DNA of 64,000 nucleotides from an uncultured Candidatus Saccharibacteria bacterium (lineage in GTDB: Bacteria; Patescibacteriota; WWE3; CAZQFB01). Within the stretch, counting starts at the first letter, position 1. The number at the start of each line of letters is the position of its first letter. The DNA lies in the NCBI GenBank assembly GCA_964592525.1, contig CAZQFB010000001.1, positions 147,454-211,453 of the forward strand, written 5' to 3'. The notes beneath the pieces were generated by a model. It was given only the letters and a program-made list of their open reading frames with translations, did not search any database and had not been told where the DNA came from. The position numbers and the translations under genes are program-made. This document shows positions 28,776 to 37,724 of the stretch, one piece after another.

Positions 28776-29678
28776 GTGTTAGGAGCAGTGTGTCGTCCTC
28801 AATTGATAGTTGAGGCCATCGCCTTGAAGTCGGTGGAATTCTACGACGCACTTGAAAAGGAGCAGAAGGTGACAAAGTCAGTGGTAGTAACGGAGGATCT
28901 AAGGAGAGCCTTTGCTCAGCTAAACGAGGTGCAAAAGAGGCTTCTCAATGGAGCGCTAAGACCACTTGATGTCCGAGATCCCCTGCAAGCAATCATCGAG
29001 GGTAGGATGATTGTGCTCGATCGCTTTGCTCTCTTTAGTGAGCTTCTGCTGAGCCCGGCTGATCAGCTGGAGCGTCTCCGAGCATATGACGAGAAATACT
29101 GGGGAGGTGCAATCTGCGAGGAGCTAAAGGGTTTTCAGTTACCCGATGTAGGTCTTCACCCGCAAAGGGTGAAGGATTTGCGGGTTCTTCATGTGGAATT
29201 TGGCTCTCCGGGAGAGACCCTGGAGAGGTGGTGGCAGGTGATCTCAGCTACCCAGCCCGGGTCTTGGCGATCGGGAGATCTCCAGAGTGATTCTGCTCAT
29301 CTGGGTCTCCACAGCCAGGCACGCCACTACCCTCCAGGAATCCATGTGGTTCGCCTAGACCTGGCGGCCCATTGGGAGCCGGAAGCGGGGAGAACCCTGG
29401 TGGATGTATACGCTAGGGTTAGGGAAGCTGGGGAGAAGCTTGCCCATGGTGAGATTCTCTCGGCCTGTGGGCTCCATCCTGATCTGGTAAGGGAGATGGA
29501 TGGAGAGAATCTGCCTTTCGTGGATCTGGCAGGGTATCAGGTATTAATGCCTGGTTTACCGACCTGTCGGGCTGTTCCGTGTCTTTACTGGGATAGCCTC
29601 AGAGGCAAGGTCGCCCTCGACGTCGACTCCATTGACTATTTCCTTCCCTCTTGGGCGGCTCCGGTGCTCAGGGAGTAA
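28776..29678 (+). CDS. DGR target (variable) protein; no recognised domain, GC-rich, VR encodes last ~43 aa
   Basis: 300 aa, GTG start; roughly 57% GC; 3' 127 nt form the VR; no obvious signal peptide or TM. Confidence 0.7.
   Translation: MLGAVCRPQLIVEAIALKSVEFYDALEKEQKVTKSVVVTEDLRRAFAQLNEVQKRLLNGALRPLDVRDPLQAIIEGRMIVLDRFALFSELLLSPADQLERLRAYDEKYWGGAICEELKGFQLPDVGLHPQRVKDLRVLHVEFGSPGETLERWWQVISATQPGSWRSGDLQSDSAHLGLHSQARHYPPGIHVVRLDLAAHWEPEAGRTLVDVYARVREAGEKLAHGEILSACGLHPDLVREMDGENLPFVDLAGYQVLMPGLPTCRAVPCLYWDSLRGKVALDVDSIDYFLPSWAAPVLRE
29548..29674 (+). repeat. DGR variable repeat (VR)
   Basis: 127 nt aligned to 30140-30266 with 18 mismatches, every one at a position that is A in the downstream copy; 3' 27 nt (ttgggcggctccggtgctcaggga) identical and GC-rich (IMH-like). 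Confidence 0.85.
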
Positions 29679-30139
29679 GTACTCCTACTTAGGGTCTTAG
29701 GGCTTTTGGTGATAAGTCCTTGGACCTTTGTTTGAGAGAAAGAGAAGGGGTGTCTTCTGAAATCTGCTTGCAGATTATGGAGGCACCCCTCTTTGTTTTA
29801 TCAATAGGCGAAATTATATATTTTGTTTCCCCTCGGCAGGTAATAAAATCTACGCTCTACGGTACATCGAGGATATGGGTGGTTTGTATAAATCATATTG
29901 AGATATAATTCCCTTCGGATGGTAGGTTAATGAACCCTGATTTAAGGATTGGGGAACACCGAGATCTCTCTTTTCGCAACAACTAGCGGAATCAAATTTA
30001 AGACATTAATTTTGAGTGTCTAGAGCGAATAACGAGCACTCCTTGCTGTCTACTGGGGATGGTCAATAGGTCCCGAATGAGATTCAGGAGTTGGATGCGT
30101 CTGGCTCCAGTGGTGTAGAAGGTAGATAGCATATACCGG

Positions 30140-30266
30140 TGCCTGGTTTACCGACCTGTCGGGCTGTTCCGTATCTTAACTGGAATAGAATCAAAAGCAA
30201 GGTCAACCTCAACGTCAACTCAATTGACAATTTCAATCACAATTGGGCGGCTCCGGTGCTCAGGGA
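30140..30266 (+). repeat. DGR template repeat (TR)
   Basis: Same orientation as VR; in the target reading frame the variable sites fall on first/second positions of AAC/AAT codons (N->Y,D,A,D,D,Y,L,S etc.). Confidence 0.85.
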
Positions 30267-30280
30267 CTGCTTGTTAATAA

Positions 30281-30311
30281 AAGAAGGACGATAAGTCCTT
30301 CTTTTGTTTGC
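30281..30311 (+). terminator. Rho-independent terminator immediately after TR
   Basis: stem aagaaggac/gtccttctt, loop gataa, followed by TTTTGTTTG. Confidence 0.6.
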
Positions 30312-30387
30312 TGTTAGTAGCAACATAATTTCAGTGCGATCGCTTAGCAGTAATGTTGTTAATGTAATGAAATAGCTGGTAGTCTCT

Positions 30388-30756
30388 TTAGCTGACCGAA
30401 CGCAACCATCCGCCTAACATCTTACCAATTGTAATAAGTTGTGCTTCCAGTTCTAGGTAATGCTTGTTTGATAAACACTGACAATCCTTACCCATGCGGA
30501 TGAGAAGTCGCAGGAGATCGAGTTCACTTGAGGCTTGTTGCAGATAAGTTTTTTTTAGCTTGCCATCTGAGGAGTTAGCTGTTCTTATTGTAAGCCTTAA
30601 TATTTCTAAAGTTTGGTTTTGGGCGGTTGCTCCCAGGGTATATCTTTGATGTTTGGGAAATTTAACTAACTGCACATGGAGATGTTTGTACAATTCATAA
30701 AGATTATGAACGATTGGTATATCGTGTGGTTTCGTAGGGTTAGATTTTGTAATCAT
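30388..30756 (-). CDS. avd: DGR accessory variability determinant (Avd)-like four-helix-bundle protein
   Basis: 122 aa; FPKHQRYTLGATAQNQ...LIRMGKDCQCLSNKHYLELEAQLITIGKMLGGWLRS resembles the four-helix-bundle/Avd family (BPP-1 Avd ...VLIAEVGRILGSWIARV). Confidence 0.75.
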   Translation of the reverse strand: MITKSNPTKPHDIPIVHNLYELYKHLHVQLVKFPKHQRYTLGATAQNQTLEILRLTIRTANSSDGKLKKTYLQQASSELDLLRLLIRMGKDCQCLSNKHYLELEAQLITIGKMLGGWLRSVS

Positions 30757-30762
30757 TAGGTG

Positions 30763-31749
30763 ATGAGTGTAGCAACTTTTTACAAAATATGCTCTCCTAA
30801 GTGGTTGTTTGAATCATGGGATACATTTAGAAAGGGAAAGAGGAAAAGACTTGAGGTGATGCTCTACGAGCGGAATTTGGAAAGGAACATCTTTTGCTTG
30901 AGTGGAAATCTTTTGTCTAAGAAATATAAGCATGGTGTCTACGAGCAATTTAAGGTCACTGATCCTAAATTGCGGAGAATAAGTAAAGCATGCGTACAGG
31001 ATCGTTTGGTTCATCAAGCTGTGGTTTCTGGTATTGAGTCCTCCTTCGAGAAGAGGTTTATTTATGACAGCTACTCCTGCAGGAGTGGCAAAGGCACTCA
31101 TGCGGCTGTTGCTAGGTTGCGAAGTTTTCTGGGGAAAGAAAGTCGGAATAATACTCGGACAACCTATGTTCTTAAATGTGACGTTAAAAGATTTTTCGAT
31201 TGCTTGGATCATGGTATTTTGATGGCTCTAATTAATAGGGTGGTTAAAGATAGTGATACCCTATGGCTGATAGAGGAAATTGTAGATAGTTTTTCTATCT
31301 TTCCTGGTAAAGGTGTTCCTCTTGGTAATCTCACAAGCCAGTTATTTGCCAATATTTATTTACATGAGCTGGATCGGTTCATAAAAAATGATTTGGGGAT
31401 TAAGTATTACGTTCGCTACTGTGACGATTTTGTAATTGTTGACAGTGATTCCAGGTATCTTCAGGGGTTGATCCCTATTCTAGAGGGTTTCTTAAGAAAT
31501 TATCTCAATCTCTGTCTGCATCCTAATAAGATTACCTTACGTACCTGGAATAGCGGGATGGATTTTCTGGGGTATATCCTAAAGCCTGATTGTACATTAC
31601 TCAGGACCAAGACAAAGAATCGTGCATTAAGACGGGTGAATAGCAATAATCTGCCTTCATATCTTGGTATTTGTTCTCACTGTGACTCGTTTGAGCTTCA
31701 ACAGATTCTCAAGTGTAAAGCTGGTAGTCTAGCACGAGAGGGGTCTTAG
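30763..31749 (+). CDS. DGR-type reverse transcriptase
   Basis: RT motifs 1-7 present: PKLRRISKACVQDRLVHQA, SYSCRSGKGTHAAV, YVLKCDVKRFFDCLDH, GVPLGNLTSQLFANIYLHELD (SQ variant of motif 4 typical of DGR RTs), YVRYCDDFVIV, LCLHPNKI, FLGY; no maturase/endonuclease domain. Confidence 0.85.
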   Translation: MSVATFYKICSPKWLFESWDTFRKGKRKRLEVMLYERNLERNIFCLSGNLLSKKYKHGVYEQFKVTDPKLRRISKACVQDRLVHQAVVSGIESSFEKRFIYDSYSCRSGKGTHAAVARLRSFLGKESRNNTRTTYVLKCDVKRFFDCLDHGILMALINRVVKDSDTLWLIEEIVDSFSIFPGKGVPLGNLTSQLFANIYLHELDRFIKNDLGIKYYVRYCDDFVIVDSDSRYLQGLIPILEGFLRNYLNLCLHPNKITLRTWNSGMDFLGYILKPDCTLLRTKTKNRALRRVNSNNLPSYLGICSHCDSFELQQILKCKAGSLAREGS

Positions 31750-31862
31750 CTAGTTAGGGAGACTTTTTAAGAGATAGACTATCGGGCATATAGCTAACTT
31801 TGCTACAATATACAGTAGCTAATCAGTTACTTATTATTAGTTACTGGTTAATAATTATTAAT

Positions 31863-32774
31863 ATGCCTGTCCAGCAATTATTCTTGCCTCATCAACAATC
31901 GGGTACCCGTGCCCATGCTATTTCCCCCTTAGCTTTTACTTTGTATATCGCTTTTGTGTTGGTGTCGATTATTTCCTTCCAAATATTGGCTAAAGAAGCG
32001 GGTTTGGTGCTTGGTTATGCGACAGACATCCACGAACAAGAAATTGTGTCGCTGACTAACCAACAAAGAAGGGCTGAAGGTTTAAACGAATTGACCTACA
32101 GTGAGGAGTTGGCTAAAGCGGCTCAATTAAAGGCAGAAAGCATGTTTACGCTTGATTATTGGGCTCATATCGCTCCAAATGGTACTACGCCTTGGGTGTT
32201 TATTGAACAAGCGGGTTATGATTTTTATGCGGCGGGAGAGAACTTGGCGAGGGATTTTAATGATTCAGAATCGGTAGTTAAGGCTTGGATGAAATCGCCC
32301 TCACATGCCGAAAACATTTTGGGATCACTTTATGCTGATATTGGGGTAGCAGTGGTTAATGGTGAGTTAGCTGGCAGCGAAACCACTTTAGTGGTACAGA
32401 TGTTTGGGATTACCAGAGGCAGTACGGTTGCGCCACCGTCTCCACAACCTCCGGTGCAGGTTAGTCCGGAAGCGGTGTCGGTCAATGTTGGTGAAAACCC
32501 AGCTGCGCTGGAAGCGGAAATACCAGCACCCGTGGAAATTACCGAACCAGCCTTGGCGGTTGAGCCAGTACAGACTGGTTATCAGCTTGGTGAAGCGACC
32601 AAAGCGATCTCACTGGGCTTTGCCTTCTTTTTACTGATTTTGTTTGTGCTCGATTTACTGTTAATCACCAAAAAGGGGATTGTGCGCGTTTCAGGTAATA
32701 CCTTGGCTCATGTGAGTATGCTCCTTTTTATTATCGGTGCTTTGTGGTGGATTAACGGGGGTTCTGTTTTATGA
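31863..32774 (+). CDS. CAP/SCP/PR1-like domain protein, membrane-anchored, with P/A/E-rich linker and C-terminal TM
   Basis: LTNQQRRAEGLNELTYSEELAKAAQLKAESMF...HIAPNG...GENLARDF...WMKSPSHAENIL matches the CAP domain; start at ATG 31863. Confidence 0.65.
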   Translation: MPVQQLFLPHQQSGTRAHAISPLAFTLYIAFVLVSIISFQILAKEAGLVLGYATDIHEQEIVSLTNQQRRAEGLNELTYSEELAKAAQLKAESMFTLDYWAHIAPNGTTPWVFIEQAGYDFYAAGENLARDFNDSESVVKAWMKSPSHAENILGSLYADIGVAVVNGELAGSETTLVVQMFGITRGSTVAPPSPQPPVQVSPEAVSVNVGENPAALEAEIPAPVEITEPALAVEPVQTGYQLGEATKAISLGFAFFLLILFVLDLLLITKKGIVRVSGNTLAHVSMLLFIIGALWWINGGSVL

Positions 32775-33034
32775 ACAAGATTAATCTGATTAGGTTATTG
32801 GCTTATTTAGTATTATTGGTCTTTTTGTCTTTGACGTTATATTTAATTTATCTTTTCCAGGGTCAGTTGGTGACGCAAATTACTTTGGTTAGTGTGGCGA
32901 TTGGTTTTTACGTGTTTTGGGGCGTGTGGTTGCACAAAATTGAAGATCGTTTACACCATTCGTTGGTAGTGGAATATATTCTGCTCGCGTTGTTAGCGGG
33001 CTTACTAGTTTATATCCAACTGCTATTTATATGA
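32771..33034 (+). CDS. small membrane protein (hypothetical)
   Basis: 87 aa, 3 TM helices, 4-nt overlaps with both neighbours. Confidence 0.45.
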   Translation: MNKINLIRLLAYLVLLVFLSLTLYLIYLFQGQLVTQITLVSVAIGFYVFWGVWLHKIEDRLHHSLVVEYILLALLAGLLVYIQLLFI

Positions 33035-33639
33035 CCAAATTATGGCTTAGTGTGTTAATTGGTTGGTTGCTAATTATTCCGCCGGTAGCTTTGGCTGACG
33101 AAGCGGTGCTAGAACCTGAAAAGTTGGCTAAGGTGGCTGCGCAAATAAGTGAATACTTACCGGCAGCGGGTCTAACGCCTGATAAACCTTTCTATTTTAC
33201 GAAAAGACTCAAAGAGGAAGTGGTGGGTTTATTAAAAAGAACAGCTCAAGAAAAATATGATTATCAAAAGGAATTAGCCTCCCGAAGATTAGCTGAAGCT
33301 TATGTTATGGCTCAAAAAAATAAATATGTCTTGGCTGACCGCTTGTTTACGGAATTTGAAATTAAAATTGAAGATTTAAAGTCTTTGGCTTTCCATGAAA
33401 CTTCTTCCGCCCTACAAAGGGATAATTGGCTCTACTACATTGAAAAAGAATTATACAAATACCAAGCGGTGTTAGATGAAATGGATGCTGAAAACATTGC
33501 CGATAGCCAGCGTAAAAAAGAAGCCCAAACAGTGAAAGCGAAAAGAGAAACCTCTGTCGTGCAAGGTTTAAAATCATTATTATCACCAGCGGTATCAAAT
33601 GATCATTATGAGTCTTCAGTTATCATACCGGTGCCTTGA
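33031..33639 (+). CDS. secreted hypothetical protein
   Basis: Signal peptide MTKLWLSVLIGWLLIIPPVALA, helical/charged. Confidence 0.5.
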   Translation: MTKLWLSVLIGWLLIIPPVALADEAVLEPEKLAKVAAQISEYLPAAGLTPDKPFYFTKRLKEEVVGLLKRTAQEKYDYQKELASRRLAEAYVMAQKNKYVLADRLFTEFEIKIEDLKSLAFHETSSALQRDNWLYYIEKELYKYQAVLDEMDAENIADSQRKKEAQTVKAKRETSVVQGLKSLLSPAVSNDHYESSVIIPVP

Positions 33640-33694
33640 GGTAATTGTCTTCTAGGGGCTAAATCAGGTACTATGCTTAAGTAATTAATTAGTC

Positions 33695-34849
33695 ATGGAA
33701 AAAGTAGTCATTGTTATTCCCACCTATAACGAGAAAGAGAATATTGAGCGAACCCTACGGGTTTCGTTGGAGGAGTTTTCCAAAATACAGGGAGCAAAGA
33801 TGCATATTTTGGTGGTGGATGGTAATTCGCCTGATGGTACGGCTGATCTAGTCAAGCCTTTTACTGAAAAGTATGAAAATGTTCACTTGTTGAGGAAAGA
33901 AAAGGGTGGTTTGGGAGGAGATTATATTGCGGGGATGAAATACGCCATGCACAAGCTGGGGGCTGATTTTGTGGGTGAAATGGACGCTGATTTGCAGCAT
34001 GATCCGGCTGATGTGGCGAGATTGGTAGAAGCCTTATTAAGTGGCGCTGATGTGGCGGTGGGGACGAGGTTTATAAAAGGGGGTTCTATTCCCTCCGGCT
34101 GGGGCATCCACCGCAAATTTTTAAGCTACTTTGGCAATCTTTATGCCCGTATGACCACCGGTTTATGGCAGTTACACGATATCACTTCGGGGTTTAGGAT
34201 CACTAGAGCGCGGGGGTTTCTGGATACAGTTGATTTGGACGCTCTCTTCTCCAAAAGATTCGCTTACAAGTTGGATATGATGTATCGCTTGCATCAGTTG
34301 GGGGCTAAGATTACTGAAGTACCGATCGCTTTTCACGAGAGGGATGTGGGTGAATCTAAGATCCAAGTTTTTGCATCCCTGAATAACAATGACTGGTTGG
34401 ATAGTTATATGGTGGTGACGATGGTGTTTTTGGAAAGATTGGGTCTTTTAAAGCATAAACGATTTATTAAGGTGGCTCTGATTGGGGTTTTTGGGGGAGG
34501 GGTTCAGTTTGTCACTTATACCTTGATCAGACTGTTATTAAAAGTGTCACCCCAGATAGCTACGGTGGTTTCCGCCGAGGTTGCCATCATCTCCAACTTT
34601 ATCTTTAACCATCGGTGGGCCTTTAAGGATAGAAAAGAGCACGGACATTGGTTGGCTAAATTACTTTCTTTTAATTTTTTATCAATTGGGTCTCCTATTA
34701 TTCAATTGGCGGTAGTGCACTTTTTTGTTAACTGGTTAGGTGAGGGGTTATTGCGGGAGTGGGCGTATCTAGCTACAGGTATTTGGTTGGGGCTTATCTG
34801 GAATTATCTTTCTTACTCAAGAGTAGTATGGAGAAAGTCTTCCCAGTAG
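33695..34849 (+). CDS. GT2 polyprenyl-phosphate sugar synthase (Dpm1/GtrB/CsbB-like) fused to GtrA-like membrane domain
   Basis: VVIVIPTYNEKENIERTL, VVDGNSPDGT, DADLQHDP (DxD); C-terminal 4-TM GtrA-like region. Confidence 0.8.
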   Translation: MEKVVIVIPTYNEKENIERTLRVSLEEFSKIQGAKMHILVVDGNSPDGTADLVKPFTEKYENVHLLRKEKGGLGGDYIAGMKYAMHKLGADFVGEMDADLQHDPADVARLVEALLSGADVAVGTRFIKGGSIPSGWGIHRKFLSYFGNLYARMTTGLWQLHDITSGFRITRARGFLDTVDLDALFSKRFAYKLDMMYRLHQLGAKITEVPIAFHERDVGESKIQVFASLNNNDWLDSYMVVTMVFLERLGLLKHKRFIKVALIGVFGGGVQFVTYTLIRLLLKVSPQIATVVSAEVAIISNFIFNHRWAFKDRKEHGHWLAKLLSFNFLSIGSPIIQLAVVHFFVNWLGEGLLREWAYLATGIWLGLIWNYLSYSRVVWRKSSQ

Positions 34850-34850
34850 T

Positions 34851-35600
34851 ATGTGGTTGTCGGTAGTCATTCCCACCTACAATGAGGAGAAAATAATTGC
34901 CGAGACTTTAAGAACGCTTGACGCTTTCCTCAAGAAATACAACAAGGAGTATGAGTTAATTGTCTGTGATGATGGCTCTAGTGACCACACGGTTTCCATT
35001 GCAGATGAGTTAAGTAAGGTTATTCCCCAAGCTAGGGTTATTAGAAATCAACACAAAGGCAAGGCGCATGCTGTTTTTCAGGGGGTTACCAGCTCAAGAG
35101 GCGCTTTAATCTTGTTAACTGATGCTGATCTTTCTACGCCGATAAAGGAGCTGGATACTCTTCTTCCTTACGTGGTGAGTGGCATGGATATTGTGATTGC
35201 TTCCAGGGAAGGTTTACAGGCTAAGAGGGTAAATGAGCCTTTTTACAGACACCTTATGGGGAGAGTGTTTAACTATCTTGTCCAAATACTTGCCTTGAGG
35301 GGTATTAATGATACCCAGTGCGGTTTTAAGTTACTTACCAGGGAAAGCGCTAAAAGTATCTTTGCCCAGATGAGGTTGTATGGCGCTAATGCTAAGGTTT
35401 TGAGTGCCCCGGCGGTGACGGCTTATGATGTGGAAATGCTTTTTTTGGCCAGAAAATTGGGATTTAAGATCGAGGAAGTGCCCGTGGAATGGTTGTATCG
35501 TGATGAGACCAGAGTCAATACGCTAAGAGATTCTTGGCGTAATCTTTTGGATGTGGTTAAAGTGCGCTGGTATGATCTGATGGGTTATTATTCTAAGTAG
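34851..35600 (+). CDS. GT2 family glycosyltransferase (dolichyl-phosphate hexose transferase-like)
   Basis: SVVIPTYNEEKIIAETL, CDDGSSDHT, DADLSTP. Confidence 0.8.
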   Translation: MWLSVVIPTYNEEKIIAETLRTLDAFLKKYNKEYELIVCDDGSSDHTVSIADELSKVIPQARVIRNQHKGKAHAVFQGVTSSRGALILLTDADLSTPIKELDTLLPYVVSGMDIVIASREGLQAKRVNEPFYRHLMGRVFNYLVQILALRGINDTQCGFKLLTRESAKSIFAQMRLYGANAKVLSAPAVTAYDVEMLFLARKLGFKIEEVPVEWLYRDETRVNTLRDSWRNLLDVVKVRWYDLMGYYSK

Positions 35601-35632
35601 GAAGTTGCTATTTATTTCCCTGGATAAATCTT

Positions 35633-36907
35633 ATGTCGTCTAAATTCAACCTGATTTCTAGTTTGAAGGGCAATACTCTAGTCAGGGGTAGTTTTTGGTT
35701 GTTTGTGTCCTCAACGGTAGTTAATCTGCTTAATTTTTTGTACACCATCTTTATGGGTCGATTATTAGGGCCGGTTGATTATGGGGTGCTAACGGCCTTG
35801 ATTTCCCTGTTGTATGTAGTGTCTGTTCCTTCTCAAACCCTGCAAACGGTAAGTGCTAAGTTTGTCTCTAAATTTTTTGCCCAAGATGAGAATCAAGCGA
35901 TCTGGTTGTTTTTCCTGAAGGTATCCAAGTACATTATCGCTGTTTCCATTTTAGGTGGCTTGTTGGTGTTACCTAATTTAAGCTGGCTCTCCAAACATTT
36001 AAACATACCTCGTGAGGATTATTTACTGGGTATTTTTTGCTTAACTGTGTTTGGGTTTTTAAACACCACTGGCTTGGGTTTACTGCAGGGGGTGCAGCGC
36101 TTTTTTGCGTTGGCGCTAAGCGGTTTTTTAGCTATGACCGTTAAACTAGTGGTTGGTGTTGGTTTGGTTTATTGGGGGTTTGGGGTGGGAGGAGCGTTGT
36201 GGGGGTTGGTTCTTAGTGGGTTGGTGCTATTTGTCTTTGTTCTTTTTTTTGCTGGAAAATATCGGGAAAAGGGTCGCCCAAGCCAAACTTTGGGGCTTAA
36301 AAAAGAGGTTTTTAATTTCACCCTGCCAACTTTAATCGCTTTTGTTGGTTTGGTGCTACTGGTTAACCAGGATGTGCTTTTGGTCAAGAAACTGTTTTCA
36401 GATTTAGACGCTGGTTATTATGCAGCGCTTTCCATGCTGGGCAAAGTGATTTTCTTTGCCTCTGGGTCAGTGGCCACGGTTTTTTTCCCCTTGGCTTCTG
36501 CTAGGTACGAGAAAGGGGAGCAATCCAGCAGACTGCTTCACTTGTCCTTGGGGCTGGTAGGGTCGGCGGGGTTTTTGGGGGTGCTGGGGTATTACTTGTT
36601 TCCTGATTTGGTGGTGAGTTTGTTTTATGGTGAAAAATATTTGGCTATCGCTCCTCTTTTGTGGTTGATTGGCTTGTTTAATCTTTTTTACAGTTTGCTC
36701 TATTTGCTGGTTCTGCACTTTTTGGCTAGGCAGAAAACTTATTATTCTTTGGTGCCTCTGCTAGGGGCTATGGGGCAATTCATCTTACTTTGGTTAGCCC
36801 ATGATAATTTAAGGCAGGTGTGTTTAATTTCTACTGTGGTGGTGGGCGTGTTGTCGGGGTATCTCTATTTGGTGTATAGTGTCAACGATGGCAAGAACTC
36901 GGCTTAA
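35633..36907 (+). CDS. MOP-superfamily polysaccharide flippase (Wzx/MurJ-like)
   Basis: 424 aa, ~12 TM helices, typical N-terminal region. Confidence 0.65.
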   Translation: MSSKFNLISSLKGNTLVRGSFWLFVSSTVVNLLNFLYTIFMGRLLGPVDYGVLTALISLLYVVSVPSQTLQTVSAKFVSKFFAQDENQAIWLFFLKVSKYIIAVSILGGLLVLPNLSWLSKHLNIPREDYLLGIFCLTVFGFLNTTGLGLLQGVQRFFALALSGFLAMTVKLVVGVGLVYWGFGVGGALWGLVLSGLVLFVFVLFFAGKYREKGRPSQTLGLKKEVFNFTLPTLIAFVGLVLLVNQDVLLVKKLFSDLDAGYYAALSMLGKVIFFASGSVATVFFPLASARYEKGEQSSRLLHLSLGLVGSAGFLGVLGYYLFPDLVVSLFYGEKYLAIAPLLWLIGLFNLFYSLLYLLVLHFLARQKTYYSLVPLLGAMGQFILLWLAHDNLRQVCLISTVVVGVLSGYLYLVYSVNDGKNSA

Positions 36908-37724
36908 AGTTAGTAAGCACCTCCCCCAATTATCCGTAGTGGTGCCTTCCTTTGGGGAGGAAAAAACCATTGAGCGAGATATTTTAAGGCTAGTTCAGGA
37001 GTTGGATGGTATTAGGTACTCTTACGAAATTATAGTGGTAATTGACGGGTTGCTTAATAAACAGGATCAATCGTTAGTTAAAGCGCAAAAGTTAGAGTCT
37101 AGCAAGGTTCATGTTTTTGGATACCCAGAAAACAAGGGTAAAGGCTATGCGGTGCGTTATGGGATGGCTAAGACTAAAGGAGCGGTGGTGGCGTTTATTG
37201 ATTCTGGGATGGAGATTAGTGCAAATAGCTTAAGTTTGGCGCTGGAGCATTTTTATTGGTACGAGGCGGATATTATTATTGGCAGTAAAAGACACCCCGC
37301 TTCACGGGTTTCTTATCCTCGTTCTCGCAGAATTCTTAGTGTGGGGTATCAAATTTTGGTGTGGTTCTTGTTTGGGCTTAAGGTAAGAGATACGCAAGTG
37401 GGGATGAAGATATTTAAAAGAGAGGTGTTGGAAAAAGTCCTCCCCCGGTTGGTGGTGAAAAGGTATGCTTTTGATATTGAGATGTTGGCGGTTTCTCACG
37501 CCTTGGGTTTTAAGAGGATCTTTGAAGCCCCAGTGGAGTTTAGTTATGACAGTAACTTTACAGTAAACTCTTCAAATATAATTACCATCCTAAGAATGCT
37601 CCAAGACACCATGGCTGTTTATTATCGCCTGGTTATTAGACGCTATTACTCAAGGAAAAATCGAAATAACTGGTGCTGTGAAGTTGATCTAGTAGTGATG
37701 AGAAATATTGCTAAAAGCGCTTAG
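36879..37724 (+). CDS. GT2 family glycosyltransferase
   Basis: LSVVVPSFGEEKTIERDI, VVIDGLLNKQD, KGKGYAVRYG, DSGMEIS. Confidence 0.75.
   Translation: MSTMARTRLKVSKHLPQLSVVVPSFGEEKTIERDILRLVQELDGIRYSYEIIVVIDGLLNKQDQSLVKAQKLESSKVHVFGYPENKGKGYAVRYGMAKTKGAVVAFIDSGMEISANSLSLALEHFYWYEADIIIGSKRHPASRVSYPRSRRILSVGYQILVWFLFGLKVRDTQVGMKIFKREVLEKVLPRLVVKRYAFDIEMLAVSHALGFKRIFEAPVEFSYDSNFTVNSSNIITILRMLQDTMAVYYRLVIRRYYSRKNRNNWCCEVDLVVMRNIAKSA

Larger units (their letters stand above)
28776..31749 (+). mobile_element. Diversity-generating retroelement (DGR) cassette: target gene with C-terminal VR, TR, avd (opposite strand), RT
   Basis: See component features: VR/TR pair with adenine-only mismatches, Avd-like four-helix-bundle protein, RT with SQ motif. 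Confidence 0.85.

Noticed and set aside
29720-29908. 62-aa ORF between VR and TR
   Set aside because: No RBS, lies in the structured DGR spacer; more likely part of the TR RNA leader than a protein
30760-31749. Group II intron or retron as the identity of the RT
   Set aside because: No maturase (X) or endonuclease domain and no domain V-like RNA structure nearby; motif 4 has SQ rather than QG..SP; the adenine-specific VR/TR pair and Avd gene identify a DGR
36153-36718. Small ORFs on both strands inside the flippase gene
   Set aside because: Embedded in a polytopic membrane protein gene; G/T-rich codons give open antisense frames
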